From assembly GCF_006345805.1 (NCBI RefSeq), contig NC_042999.1:155806001-155870000 (forward strand): a stretch of 64,000 nt of DNA, in the 5' to 3' direction. Positions 47,418-60,003 of this stretch are shown here, piece by piece. Source of the DNA: Octopus sinensis (Eukaryota). The position numbers were made by a program, and so were the translations under genes. Below the pieces are notes generated by a model. That model was not told the origin of the DNA and did not search any database. It saw only the letters and a list, made by a program, of their open reading frames with translations. How positions within the stretch are numbered: position 1 is the first letter of the stretch; every line of letters starts with the position of its first letter.

Positions 47418-50400
47418 GTATTTCTGGTGAAATACACTGCCTTTGTTTCAAAGGCACTGGCATGGCTGAGTGGTTATGAAGCTTGCTTCCAAACCACGAA
47501 GTTTTGGGTTCAGTCTAACAACAGGGCACCTTGGGCCATAGTACCAAGATGTCCAAAACCTCGTGAATGGATTTAGTAGATGTAAACTGAGAGAAACTTG
47601 CCATCATCATTGTTTAAAGTCCACCTTCCATGCTAGCATGGGTGGGACGATTTCACAAGAGCTGGCCAGGCGGAAACCTGCACTAGACTTCAGTGACTGT
47701 TTTGGCAGGATTTTTCAGCTGGATGCCCTTCCTAACACCAACCATTCAGCAGAGTGGACTTAGTGCTTTTTATGAGGCACAAATACAGGCGAGGTCAGTT
47801 TTGGCAAGGTTTATACAGCTGGATACCCTTTTGAATGCCAACCACTTTACAGTGTGGACTAGGTGCTGTTAAGTGGCACCTGAACTAACAGGGTCACCAA
47901 GTACCTTGCAAGACAAAAAAAAACCTCCACCCCACTCACTAATTCTTCCTCTTCCCATACAGCCAACATTGCACACACACTATTTATATATTATTTATAT
48001 ATATATATATATCTTGCTTTCAAATTTTGGCACAAGGCCAGCAATTTCGGGGGAGGGATTAAGCCGATTACATCAACCCCAGTGTTTAATTGGTATTTAT
48101 TTCATAGACTACAAAAGGATGAAATGCAAAGTCTACCTCAGCAGAATCTGAATTCAGAACATGAAGACAGACAAAGTGCCACTAAGCATTTTGACTGGTG
48201 TGCTAGCAGTTCTGCCAAATCATCACCCTAGCATGCAGATAAATATTATCCATATCTTAACATGTATTTCCAGCATACTTTGACATTTAGTAAAGAGGAC
48301 TCTGATAGTCCTAACAGGGCTTCATTAATACTAATGAGTCCCTTTCATAGAATGAACAAGGTGTGTGGTTATTCTATTCATTAAATATGGAAAATGATGT
48401 TACTCAGTAGAGTAGAAGTTCTCACACAGTGTAAACCATATCAATGGTTTATGTTGATAGACTTGCACTAGTTTTTTTCGTTGTTGTTTTGTTTATGAAT
48501 ATATAGGTCAGAGATTTAGCTACGATGACTAATACATGGCTTTAGCCAGTATGGTAACTATGGAGAGGTTGTATCATCACTATCTGATATTCATCCAGCC
48601 ATGTTAAGATGCAGGGAGAGGGAGGGTTGGTGAGTGGGTTCCTGAATGTCAACTAAACAAAAAGACAATGAACTTAAGCCTTAGAGCTTCATAAAAACAA
48701 ATAGAATATTAGCGTAGGGGTGGCTGTGTGGTAAGAAGCTTCCTTACCAACCACATGGTTCTGGGTTCAGTCCGAATGGGTGGCTCATTGGGTAAGTGTC
48801 TTCTCATAGCCCCATGCCAACCAAATCCTTGTGACAGGATTTGGTAGATAGAAACTAGAAGAAGCCTGTGTGTATATGTGACTTCACCACTTGTCAACTG
48901 GTGCTGGTATGTTTACATCACCATAACTTAGCAGTTCAATAAAAGAGACCAATAGAATAAGTACCTGGCACTAAAATAAAAAAAAAAAGGACTGGGGTCA
49001 AATAAAGAAGATAACATAACACTAAATAATAACCATCATTTAATGGCTTTTTTCTCTATCTCTCTCACTTTTTTTTTGTGCTGGTGTGGGTTGACAGGAT
49101 CTGACAACCTGCAGGACTGTTGAATACAAATGTTAGCTTTGGCATGATTTCTACAGCTGGTTGCCCTTCCTAACATCATCCACTTTACAAAGAGTACTCT
49201 GTGTTTTTCTTCTTTTCATGGTTGTAGCTCTAATGAGGTCACCAAGTCGGTCACAAGTCAAGATACCTTGACAAAAGTGGTGGCATGCAGTATTGAAAGA
49301 GTTGGCCTTATGTGTTGCACCAAAGCTCATTGAAGTAGATGGTCGCAGGGGTAGACTGTTGAGTTAATAGACCTTAGATTCAAGAGATATAAGACTTTAT
49401 CCCAAGAACTAAATGAAACAAACAAACTGGCAAATGATATATTAGTTTCAAATTTTGGAATAAGGCCAACAATGTTGTGTACGTGTGTGTGTGTGTGGGG
49501 GGGGGTCAATTACAACCACCCGTGCTCATCTGGTACTTATTTCATTGACCCCGAATGAAGGAAGGGCAAAGTCAACCTGAGCAGGACTTAAACTCAGGAC
49601 GTAAAGTCGGACAAAATGTCGCAAAGCATTTTGCCCAGTGTGCTAATAATTCTGCCAGCTTGCTGCTTGGCAAATGAAATATTAACAGTGTAGTAGTAGT
49701 AGTAGTAGCCGCGGTAGTATTGTGGTGGTGATAGTAGTAGTGGTTGTAATAATAGTAGTTCTGTGTCACTAGACTGCCAAATGGTGCACCACCAACAGCA
49801 ATAAGAATCTACCCTGCCACCCCATACAGACTATCTCTGTTATAACAAAATGTATTATGTGACTAACATGAGTAGGAGAGGATTTTACAAATTGTAAATG
49901 TTTTGAATGAATAGTCAGAGGAGAGATGTTAACAAGTGAACAGCGCTCTTCTTATAGTTAACCATTTAACTGTGAAACGACACTGGTAGTCTGGCTTAGA
50001 GTTACATTGAAATGGTATACAGACATGGGCTGATCAAACATGAATAGAAGGCTGAGTAAACAAATACAGGCATATCTATCTACCCACACATACACACACA
50101 CACACATATATATATATATATGTAACTGTATAATAATATGTAATAATATTTAATCTCTGATTTAAATCGACAATTTTTAAATACAAATGACAAAGATGAT
50201 GAGGTAACTGCAAGCAGAATCAAACCCACATATCAATACTAATGTGGCTCCTTGAGAATTTAATTGGCTAAATGCTTACCTATCGATTTCAGTCAAATTT
50301 AATATATGCAGCATGGAATTTTGTCCATGAATAGGTCGCAGTCTCAAGGCAACAAAAACATTTTGGCAATTTAATTTTAAATGTTGAAGTGACTAATGGT

Positions 50401-50520
50401 TTTTTTGTGTTTCTTAAATGGCAATTGTTTTCATTCCAGCACACAATCTCAGATCAGGTCACTTGCTATGCAAGTACATCTGCATAATATATATTTAAAC
50501 TGTCTAATACTACATATATT

Positions 50521-50670
50521 TATAAACAAACCCCAAAGGCTTTGGTAGTTATGGAGAGAAAGCTACTATGAAAGACTCATAGTATAATAACTAATGATTA
50601 TTATTATTATACGAGTCTTCCAGAGTAGCGTTCTCTCCGTAACTTAATAAGCCTTTTGTGTTTGTTTATA
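50521..50670. repeat. 150-bp imperfect palindrome (foldback / MITE-like)
   Basis: Arms of ~68-70 bp, roughly 80% complementary by eye, around a ~7-nt centre. Confidence 0.85.
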
Positions 50671-51047
50671 AATGTTATATAAGATATAGATACACAACAA
50701 TATGGCATTCCTTTATGTCAAATTATACTAAAATCAATTTATCATCAAACCAAAGAACAAATACTTTTTAGTAGAGTCCATATTTATTATGTTTTTACAA
50801 GAAGATATGTGACAGTAACTTTGAAGTCTCAGTTGATCATCATCATCATTGTATTCATATTTGCTTTTCTATACTTGCATGGGTCAGACAGAATTTGTTG
50901 GGACACATTTTTGGTGAGGAGATGCCCTTTCCTATCTTGGACCCTCACCTGCCTCCAAGGAAAGTAATATTTATTCATGGCTAGACAGGTTTTCACAGAA
51001 TATTCTAAATGAATGGACACTGCTTATATGACAGTGACACAGAAAAA

Positions 51048-51358
51048 GTGTCTTCTACTATAGCCGCGGGCCGACCAAAGCCTTGTGAGTGGATTTGGTA
51101 GGCGGAAACTGAAAGAAACCCGTTGTATATGTGTGTGTATATGTTTGTCTGTCTGTGTTTGTCCCCCACCAACATCGCTTGACAACCGATGCTGGTGTGT
51201 TTATGTCCCCGTAACTTAGCAGTTCAGCAAAAGAGACCAATAGAATAAGTACTAGGCTTACAAGGAATAAGTCCTGGGGGTTGATTTGCTCGACAAAAAA
51301 CAGTGCTCCATCATGGCTGCAGTCAAATGACTGGAACAAATAAAAGAGTAAAGAGTAT
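51048..51358 (+). mobile_element. SINE family A, 5'-truncated
   Basis: Begins at the CORE-like AAGTGTCTTCTACTATAG segment. Confidence 0.88.
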
Positions 51359-52378
51359 TGTCACAATATCTGCAGTATCTGTTTATTAACCTTCCATAAA
51401 AACATATCTGGTCATGGGGAAATATTACCTTACTTGCAAAGCATGAGGGTTGGCGAGAGGAAGGGCATCCAACTAGAGGAAATCGGCTTCAATGAATTTC
51501 ATCTAACCCATGCAAGCACAGAAAAGCAGGCGTTAAAACAATGGCCATGTGGGGCACTACCTTGAAGGATTTTAGTCAAATGAATTAACCCCAGTATTTA
51601 TCTGTTATCATTAAGCCTGATACTTATCCTATCAGTCTCTTTTGCTGAACTGCTAAGTTACAGATACATAAACACATCTACACCAGTTGTCAAGCAGAGG
51701 TGGGGAGAAACACATATACACACACAATGAGCTTCTTTCAGTTTCTGTCTGCCAAATCCACTCACAAGGCTTTGGTCAGCCTCTGAGGATATAGAAGACA
51801 CTTGCTCAAGGTACCACTCAATGGGACTGAAACAAGAACCATGTGGTTGGGAAGCAAGCTTTCTACCACACAACCACAGCTGTGTCTATGATGATAAGTC
51901 ACAAAAGAAATTGAGTGTGATCTCAATAAAATTTTGAGAATGAATTTCAGACTTTAGAAAAAAATAAACAAAGATCAAGAGCAAATACAGTTTACTTATT
52001 AGATACTGGCAATTTAATAAATAAAAATCCCGGCAATGTAAAGAAATACAAGCATGCTTAGAATGAAAAAGAGAGAGGAGTGGTGAGTCAGAAAGTCTAT
52101 AAAATGCTAAATCAACAGCCATAACAGTGATCAAGATTATTTCCTTGTCATATCAAATAAAGTTATAGCTCAAGGTAAGTGTTAAAACAGTAATGTACAC
52201 ATATTTTGGAAAAAGGAGTGAAGCAGGAGTAAATAAAAAGCACGGACACGTTTTTTTTTTAATGTTGAACCTGTACCTCTTTGTTTTCATTTGAGTCTAT
52301 TAATATTTATGGTGTGTGATATTTACCAATTTCCAGTCTCTTATAACCAAATAAATCTAAGACATTAGCATAATTTAA

Positions 52379-52596
52379 CCCTGTAGCATTCAGATTATTT
52401 TTTTTCAAATGTAATGCTTATTTAAACACATTGTTTTGAATTAATCATGTATTATCTCATAGTTTTGATATTTCGATGATGTAATTGTTATTAGAATGAC
52501 ATTGTAGGGTAGGTGTGAGTGACCAGATCAGGCCAGTCTGAACATAAAACAGGCCAAATATTTGAGCCAGATATGGCAAGTTTGAATACTAAAAGG
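52379..52596. mobile_element. piggyBac-type MITE family 1
   Basis: TTAA at 52375-52378 and 52597-52600. Confidence 0.82.
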
Positions 52597-52845
52597 TTAA
52601 AGAAAAAGGAGTTAAGTAACTCAGAGTGGCCAGTGGAATGCATTTGAACAACAGACAAATGCAGGTATATCAAATCTCATACAATACAAATGGCAATTAA
52701 AACCAGTTCCACTTGGATAAATTTTGATTATGGAAATTATCTTTTATCGATTGTCATTTGATAGTTAAGATACATCCTCCAGAGGAAGAGATAAAATAAA
52801 TCAAGAATTTATTGTATGGTATTTGATATACCTGTATTTGTCTAT

Positions 52846-53146
52846 GGCACATGGTTTAGTGGTTAGGGTATTCAGCTTGGTCTTAAGGTTGTGAGTGATT
52901 CCTGGCAGTGTTTTGTGTCCTTGAGCAAGACACTTTATTCCATGTTGCTCCAGTCCACTCAGCTGGCAAAAATGAGTTGTACCTGTATTCCAAAGGGCCA
53001 GCCTTGTCACACTCTCCTGCTGGATCTCTGATGAATACATTAAGGCTACGTGTACCTGTGGAGTGCTCAGCACATTATTTCATGAGAAAGCTGCTGTATT
53101 GATTGGATAATCTGGAACCCTCATCATCATAACCAATGGAGTACCA
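52846..53146 (+). mobile_element. SINE family D, full length
   Basis: A box TGGTTTAGTGG, TTGAGCAAGACAC core and tail GGAACCCTCATCATCATAACCAATGGAGTACC. Confidence 0.88.
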
Positions 53147-54244
53147 ATTTTTTTTCTTTTTTTTTTTGCCTTATTTGTTTAAGGTATTAAGTCGTGGTTC
53201 CAGTAACCTATAAACTTGACAACAGGTTGCAAAATTCAAACATCAGGTTGTTCTCGATATCAGTTCCAGCCATCAAATCATACTGAATAGGGATCATCAA
53301 TTTTCCATTCTTGCAGGGGTCAGACCAAGTTATGGCCAGATGCCCTTCCTGTCACCAACCCCTAGTTTTCAACCTATATCTTCTCATAACGGCTGTAAGA
53401 TTTTGTACTTATTCAGGATTCCTTATGAATCATTAACTTTCCTATCTATCCTCTTCATTGATTCTAATAAGGACATTCAGACCTCGCATGTACATCTATG
53501 TATTTATATTTGTGCTTATATATTTATAATTCTTTGTATGCTTATATGTGTTTATAAATTTTTATTATGCCTCATATATGTGAACACATCTTTGTATATT
53601 GTGGAGAATTTTGATAATTTGAAATGGATTGAATGAATATATACACCGACCTCTGAAATTTGCTACTCTCCTTAATTTTATATATATATCTCAGAAACCT
53701 CATTAACTTATTTCATCAAATCTTATTGCAGTTTTTAAATAGAAACTATTTTTTGTAAGGGTGGAGATATCCCCCACCACCATTTACCATTTTCTCTTTT
53801 TAGTTTTCTTTTACTCCCTTTGGGAATTTTTTAATTCACCCCAAGTTTAGAGTAGAAATCACAGCAACACCAGTTTCCATTTCATAGGGTGGAGTAACAA
53901 GTCACCTTTTAGCAAAAGGAATTTATTAATCTAAATTTGTAAAAAAAAAGCAATTTGTCATTACAGTAAACAGCAGCGAGGTAGAAGAATTCCCTAACCA
54001 ATAATCAACAGATTCTTAAAAGCAGGCTTTCCATAAGTAATTCATTCTATGTAGACAGGAATAAATGGTATGAGGTGGGGTTTTGAGCATATTAAAATTA
54101 TCTTATCAAACTGACATATTTTTTCCTTATAAATGGAGCAGATGGAGAACATACAAGACCGCTTTCTTTTTTTTTTTTTGAAATTTTTGTAATGCTTTGA
54201 AGTAAAAGAAGTCACAATATAAGGAAATCATTTCTAAAAAAAAG

Positions 54245-54285
<41 letters not shown>

Positions 54286-54288
<3 letters not shown>

Positions 54289-55240
54289 AATATAAAGTAG
54301 GTTTCTGCGTGTATTGTTTTCTAACTTGTACAGGTATGTACTGTTGGAGGAAGTTAGATGATAGAAACACAAGAGGATCTTTCTTTGATAATGTGTTTAC
54401 ATGTGGATGAGAGAGAAAAAGAGAAATAGGGGAATGGAGAGAGAGGGGGAATGGAGAGAAAGAGAGAGGGGAATGAGAGAGAGAGGGGGAGACAAGGGGG
54501 AAGGAGACAAAGGACAAGAGAGAGAGAGAGAGAAAGGGCAAGAGAGAGAGAAAGAGAAAGGGCGAGAGAGAGAGAGAGAGAAAGGGCGAGAGAGAGAGAA
54601 AATGGGAGAGAGAGAGAGAAAATGGGGGGAGAGAGAGAGAGAGAGAGAGAGAGAAAATGGGAGAGAGAGAGAGAGAGAGAAAAAGGGCGAAAGAGAAAAA
54701 AGAGAGAAAGAGGGAGAGAAACAAGTGTGTGTGTGTGTGTGTGTGAGAATATAAAGTAGGTTTCTGCGTGTATTGTTTTCTAACTTGTACAGGTATGTAC
54801 TGTTGGAGGAAGTTAGATGATAGAAACACAAGAGGATCTTTCTTTGATAATGTGTTTACATGTGGATGAGAGAGAAAAAGAGAAATAGGGGAATGGAGAG
54901 AGAGGGGAAATGGAGAGAAAGAGAGAGGGGAATGAGAGAGAGAGGGGGAGACAAGGGGGAAGGAGACAAAGGACAAGAGAGAGAAAGGGCAGGAGAGAGA
55001 GAGAGAGAAAGGGCAAGAGAGAGAGAAAGAGAAAGGGCGAGAGAGAGAGAGAAGAGAAAGGGCGAGAGAGAGAGAGAGAAAATGGGAGAGAGAGAGAGAA
55101 AATGGGGGGAGAGAGAGAGAGAGAGAGATAGAGAGAGAGAGAAAATGGGCGAGAGAGAGAGAGAAGAGAGAGAGAGAGAAAAAGGGCGAAAGAGAAAAAA
55201 GAGAGAAAGAGGGAGAGAAACAAGTGTGTGTGTGTGTGTG
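54286..55240 (+). repeat. Tandem duplication of a ~459-bp unit (unique segment + GA-rich tract) bounded by (GT)n
   Basis: GAGAATATAAAGTAGG starts at 54286 and 54745; the unique ~130-bp segments appear identical. Confidence 0.95.
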
Positions 55241-57469
55241 AATGAAAGAAAGAAAAGATCAGAAAATACTGAGGGAACGCAGGAAAGAGAGCAATACAAA
55301 ATGAGAGGTGGGACAGAGAGATTTAAGTAAGCTTATTTCACATAAAACAATATGTATTGTGGTAAACAGCTGTGTTTGCAGAACAAGTACAAACAACTAA
55401 TTATATATGTACATAAATTATACCTATATAATAATAATAATAATAATATGGTTTCTCCTAACACGCTTTACATATAGTGGAGGAGAAAGTAAATGAGAGA
55501 AAGAGTTACAAGATAAGCACAATTAATGCACATACTAGGCTTGGTGGCAGGCAATGAAGGTCAGTCACACACAGAGCAAGAGAAAATCTTAGGAGATGGA
55601 GTAGTTATAGAAACGAGAAATTTGTTTTCATTTAATTTTATCTTAAGTTAAATATTTTTCCTTTGAAAAATAGAATTCATTGTCACCATCATTTAACGTC
55701 TGCTTTCCACATTGGCATGTGCATGACAGTTCGACAGGAGCTAGCAAAGCCAGGAGCCACACCAGGTTCCATAGTCTGTTTTGACATGGTTTCTATAGGT
55801 GGGTTCCCTTCCTAAGGACCATCCACTTTACAGAGTGTATTGGGTGCTCTTTACGTAGCACCAGTGCTTTTTATGTCACACTAGCCCCCTTTTTAGTTGG
55901 CACCAGCAGTAACAAGGTCACCAAGTATCCATTTCATCACTTAGTATAATTAACAAGAAATTTCATAAAAGTTAAATTATAATTAATGTCCTATTTCCTG
56001 ACATTACCCATGGTGCCAAATGTATATACATCCAAACTTGCTCACCATGTGATGCATTACATTCCAATGTGTACAACATAAAAAAAATGCAGTCTAACCA
56101 AGTACACCATTTGAGGAAGACAATGTTACAGAATTCTTCAAGATTCATTTTACATGACTGTTGGGAATAAGAACCAAGTCTTGAAGCTGTGTTTCCGGTG
56201 ATAGGATGACATCCTACTAATGTAAAGAGGCAGGATATTTATGCCTTCTGTGTTTAAAATGCTGTGAAATACAAAGTGACTAACTTTCAGTTCTTCTGGT
56301 GAATTCCACAGAGGCTTTGAAAATATTTACAGAAAGCATCATTGTTTTAACATCCACTTTTCCATGCTTGTATAGGTTAGATGGAATTCCTGGATGCAGA
56401 TCTTTAACAGCTGGATACACTTCTTGTCATCAATCCTCAGTTGTTTCCAAGGTAACATTTCCCTTTGAACAGACATGTCACAGAAGATTGGAAATGAAGG
56501 TCACTGCTTGTATGAATGACAGTGATACTCATTTACAATTATCACACAATATCAAGACACAGAAACAGACGACAGACTTCTTTCAGTTTCTGTCAGCCGA
56601 TTCTAATAAAAAGTCTATGCACATACTAGGCTTGGTGGCAGGCAATGAGTGAAGGTCAGTCACACATAGGAGATGGAGTAAGTTATACAAACGAAAAATT
56701 TATTTTCATTTAATTTTATGTAAAGTGGTTGGCATTAGGAAGGGCAGCCAGCTGTTGAAACCAAACCAGATCAGACTGGAACCTGGTGCAGCTCTTCAGC
56801 TTGCCAGTTTTGGTTAAACTGCCCAACCCACACCAGCATGGAAAATGGACATTAACAGAGAAGGATGATGATGATGATGAAGATGATGATTAACAACTAT
56901 TTTCAAATGATATTGTGTTTTGCCAGTATCTTGTTTGCTTTTAATTGCATGCCTCCTTAAATAATTCCCAACAACTAGTAGTATTGTTCACTTTGGAAAC
57001 CAGCGAACTATAAAACCAGAGTTTCTCGGCTCTCAGTTTCACACACTGTAGTTTATGTAATAAAGAACCATTTATTAAACTAACACACACCATGGCCACG
57101 AGGGAATATTTAAAGAGTGTAGATAAATATCTGAGAGTGAAAGAGAGTGAGAGTGAGTGTGTGTGTGTCCTGTCTGTAATGAAGGTAATTATATCAAGAT
57201 TGTAGTGTTTACGGTCAGTTAAGATTAATGGAACATAAGGAAAGCTATTCTTGAAATGTGACCATGATAATAGAAAACAAGAGAGGGAGAGTAGAAATAG
57301 ATATCACCAGAATAGAGGTCTGGAGAAAAGAGCTAAACAATAACTATACAAAGACAGACAGAACAATGCAATGTGTTCATGTTAAACCAACCCTATAAAC
57401 TGATCTTGCTAATATATGAATTAATTACTTTGTATTAGTATATGTCGTTACCTATATGGCTAACAGTGA

Positions 57470-57545
57470 AGGTATATGGCCGAGTGTTTAGTCAGTAGTG
57501 CTCTCAAGCATAAGGCTGCAGGTTCGATTCCTGGGTTGAGAGGCA
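57470..57545 (+). pseudogene. Isolated tRNA-like fragment (probably a SINE head)
   Basis: A-box-like TGGCCGAGTG and B box GGTTCGATTCC, but no acceptor stem and a malformed anticodon arm. Confidence 0.4.
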
Positions 57546-58270
57546 CATTTTATTAAAATCGACTGATTACTGATACAGCCCTTTCTTCACATCATGTCCT
57601 TGATGTTTTGCTGATTCAAAGATGGGAGGACCGAGGGGGTGTTTATTTCTGCAAGTTTTCCTCTCAGTTTACAGTCTCTTTGCCAAGCTAAGAGAAGCTA
57701 AGTAAATAAGGTTGTAATAAAAATTTAAAAAGCAAGAAAAAGAAAATGTAAAAGTTTACAGTGTCCCCAAAAATTCAGGCACATCAACATTCAAGAAATA
57801 CTGAAATCATCTACAGGGTGAGACAAAAAAACCTTCCCATATATTACTTGACCTTTGTTGTGGCACTAGCGAAGTTAGTGTAGATGGTAAAGGTGTCTTC
57901 AAGTATTTGTCTTTTACTTGTTTCAGGCTGCAGCCATGCTGAGGGTACTACCTTAAAGAATTTTAGTTGAACAAATCAACCTTGGTATTTAAATTTATTT
58001 TTTCAGTCACTTCTTGCTGAACCACTATGTTAAGGGACATAAACACACCAACACCAATTGTCAAATGGTGGGGAAAAACAACAGACACAAAGACACACAT
58101 GTGCATCACTTCAAACAATCTATACATATATATGCACACGATGGGCTTCTTTCAGCTTCTGTCCAAATACACTCACAAAACTTTGGTCGACCTGGGGCTG
58201 TAGTAGAAGACACTTGTCCAAGGTGCTAGGCAGTGGGACCGAACCCAGAACTATGCTGTTGGGAAGCAAA

Positions 58271-58509
58271 CTTATTTCTTTATTGCCCACAAGGGGATAC
58301 ACACAGAGGGGGACAAACAAGGACAGACAAACGGATTAAGTTGATTATATCGACCCCAGTGTGTAACTGGTACTTATTTAATTGACCCTGAAAGGATGAA
58401 AAGCAAAGTCAACCTCAGTAGAATTTGAACTCAGAACATGAAGACAGACGAAATACCGCTAAGCATTTTGCCTGGTGTGCTAACGTTTCTGCCAGCTTGC
58501 CGCCGCCGT
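58271..58509 (-). mobile_element. SINE family B nested in the head of a family A copy
   Basis: Family A head GGGAAGCAAACTT...CTTACCACACAGCC is split by the insertion. Confidence 0.88.
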
Positions 58510-58546
58510 CTTACCACACAGCCACACTGGCTGGCACTGTTTTATT

Positions 58547-58577
<31 letters not shown>

Positions 58578-59624
58578 AGCTACCATTGTGGTTTATACCA
58601 GAGCACATTCTATTTACTTTTGCAACTTTTATGAAGAATACCAAATGGTGAATTTATGACTGCAGAGTGTTAATCAAAATGATGCTCTTCCAAACTGAAA
58701 ACCCATATTGCTATGGGACAGGGCTACATGTTCCCCAATAAAAAGATAGCTACCAGGAAGTCTTTAGAGTGTTCAAATCCCAGAAGATGTCCAAATTGTG
58801 AGATAGTAGTGGTCTCCTAACCATTCAGCCTATAAACATTCTTCTGTTCCAGGATTATCTAAGAGTCGTGTTCCATCCACACAAAATGACAGGTGTTCAA
58901 AGAACTTCATGAACTGGGAAAACATGGCATGCTGTAGAGTTTTCCCTTTTTACTGCAACTTGTCTAAAGATGATTTAATTGCATATGTAGTGATGTCACA
59001 GCTAAAACAATTAGCTAAAACCTGGCACATATTAAGAAGTTATACTTGTTTCAGAGTGACAGTCATGGTTGGCTTTTGCTTTCATGGAAAACAATTGTTC
59101 AGACACAAAATGAACATAGATATCAATAATTAATTGGTACCAAAATTAAGATAAACAATAAGGAATAAATGACCATCTGTGATAACAACAAACACACACA
59201 CACACACACACTCACCACGTGGCCCTTAAATAAGAGTGCATGCAGAAAACTGATGTAGCTGTCCCCTACTACTACTGCTAATAATAGTATTTCAAACGTT
59301 TTGTTTATCTTCTCATTTCAGTCATTGGATGGTGACCATTCCAGGGTGCTGCCTCAAGGGGTTTTGGTCAAATAAATCAACCCGAACCTATTTTTCTTTT
59401 TAAGTCCAGTACTTATTCTATTGGTCTCTTTTTGCCAGACCACTATGTCATGAGGATATAAACAACCAACATCAGTCGTCAAGTAGTGAGAAAGGGAACA
59501 AAATGCAGACAAAGACACAAATTCAAGTATATATACACTAAACAGGCTCCCACAATTTCTTATTTATTTATATATATATATATATACCCGTGCTAGCGCA
59601 GAAAACGGACGTTAAACGATGATG

Positions 59625-59661
<37 letters not shown>

Positions 59662-59782
59662 ATATATTCTTTTACTTGTTTCAGTTATTTGACTTCAGCC
59701 ATACTGCAGCATCACCTTTTAGTTGAACAAAATGACTAGATTTAAAAAAAAAAGAGTACTGGTGGTTGATTTGTTTGTTTAA

Positions 59783-60003
59783 CCCTTTAGCATTTAAACC
59801 GGCCATATCCGGCCAAAAGTATTCTGCCTGTTTTATGTTCAAACTGGACAGATCTGGTCTCTCACACCAATCCTACAATATCATTTTAAAAATTAACAGC
59901 TACCTCATTAGAATCTCATAGCACCAAGATAATGCCTGATTAGTTCAAGGCAATGTGGATGAAAAAGGATTAATTTTGGCAGAATAATGCAAACACTAAA
60001 GGG
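59783..60003. mobile_element. piggyBac-type MITE family 1
   Basis: TTAA at 59779-59782 and 60004-60007; perfect CCCTTTAG / CTAAAGGG termini. Confidence 0.9.

Noticed and set aside
57470-57545. Functional tRNA gene
   Set aside because: A and B boxes are present but there is no acceptor stem or 7-nt anticodon loop. All other tRNA-like sequences in the window are SINE heads.
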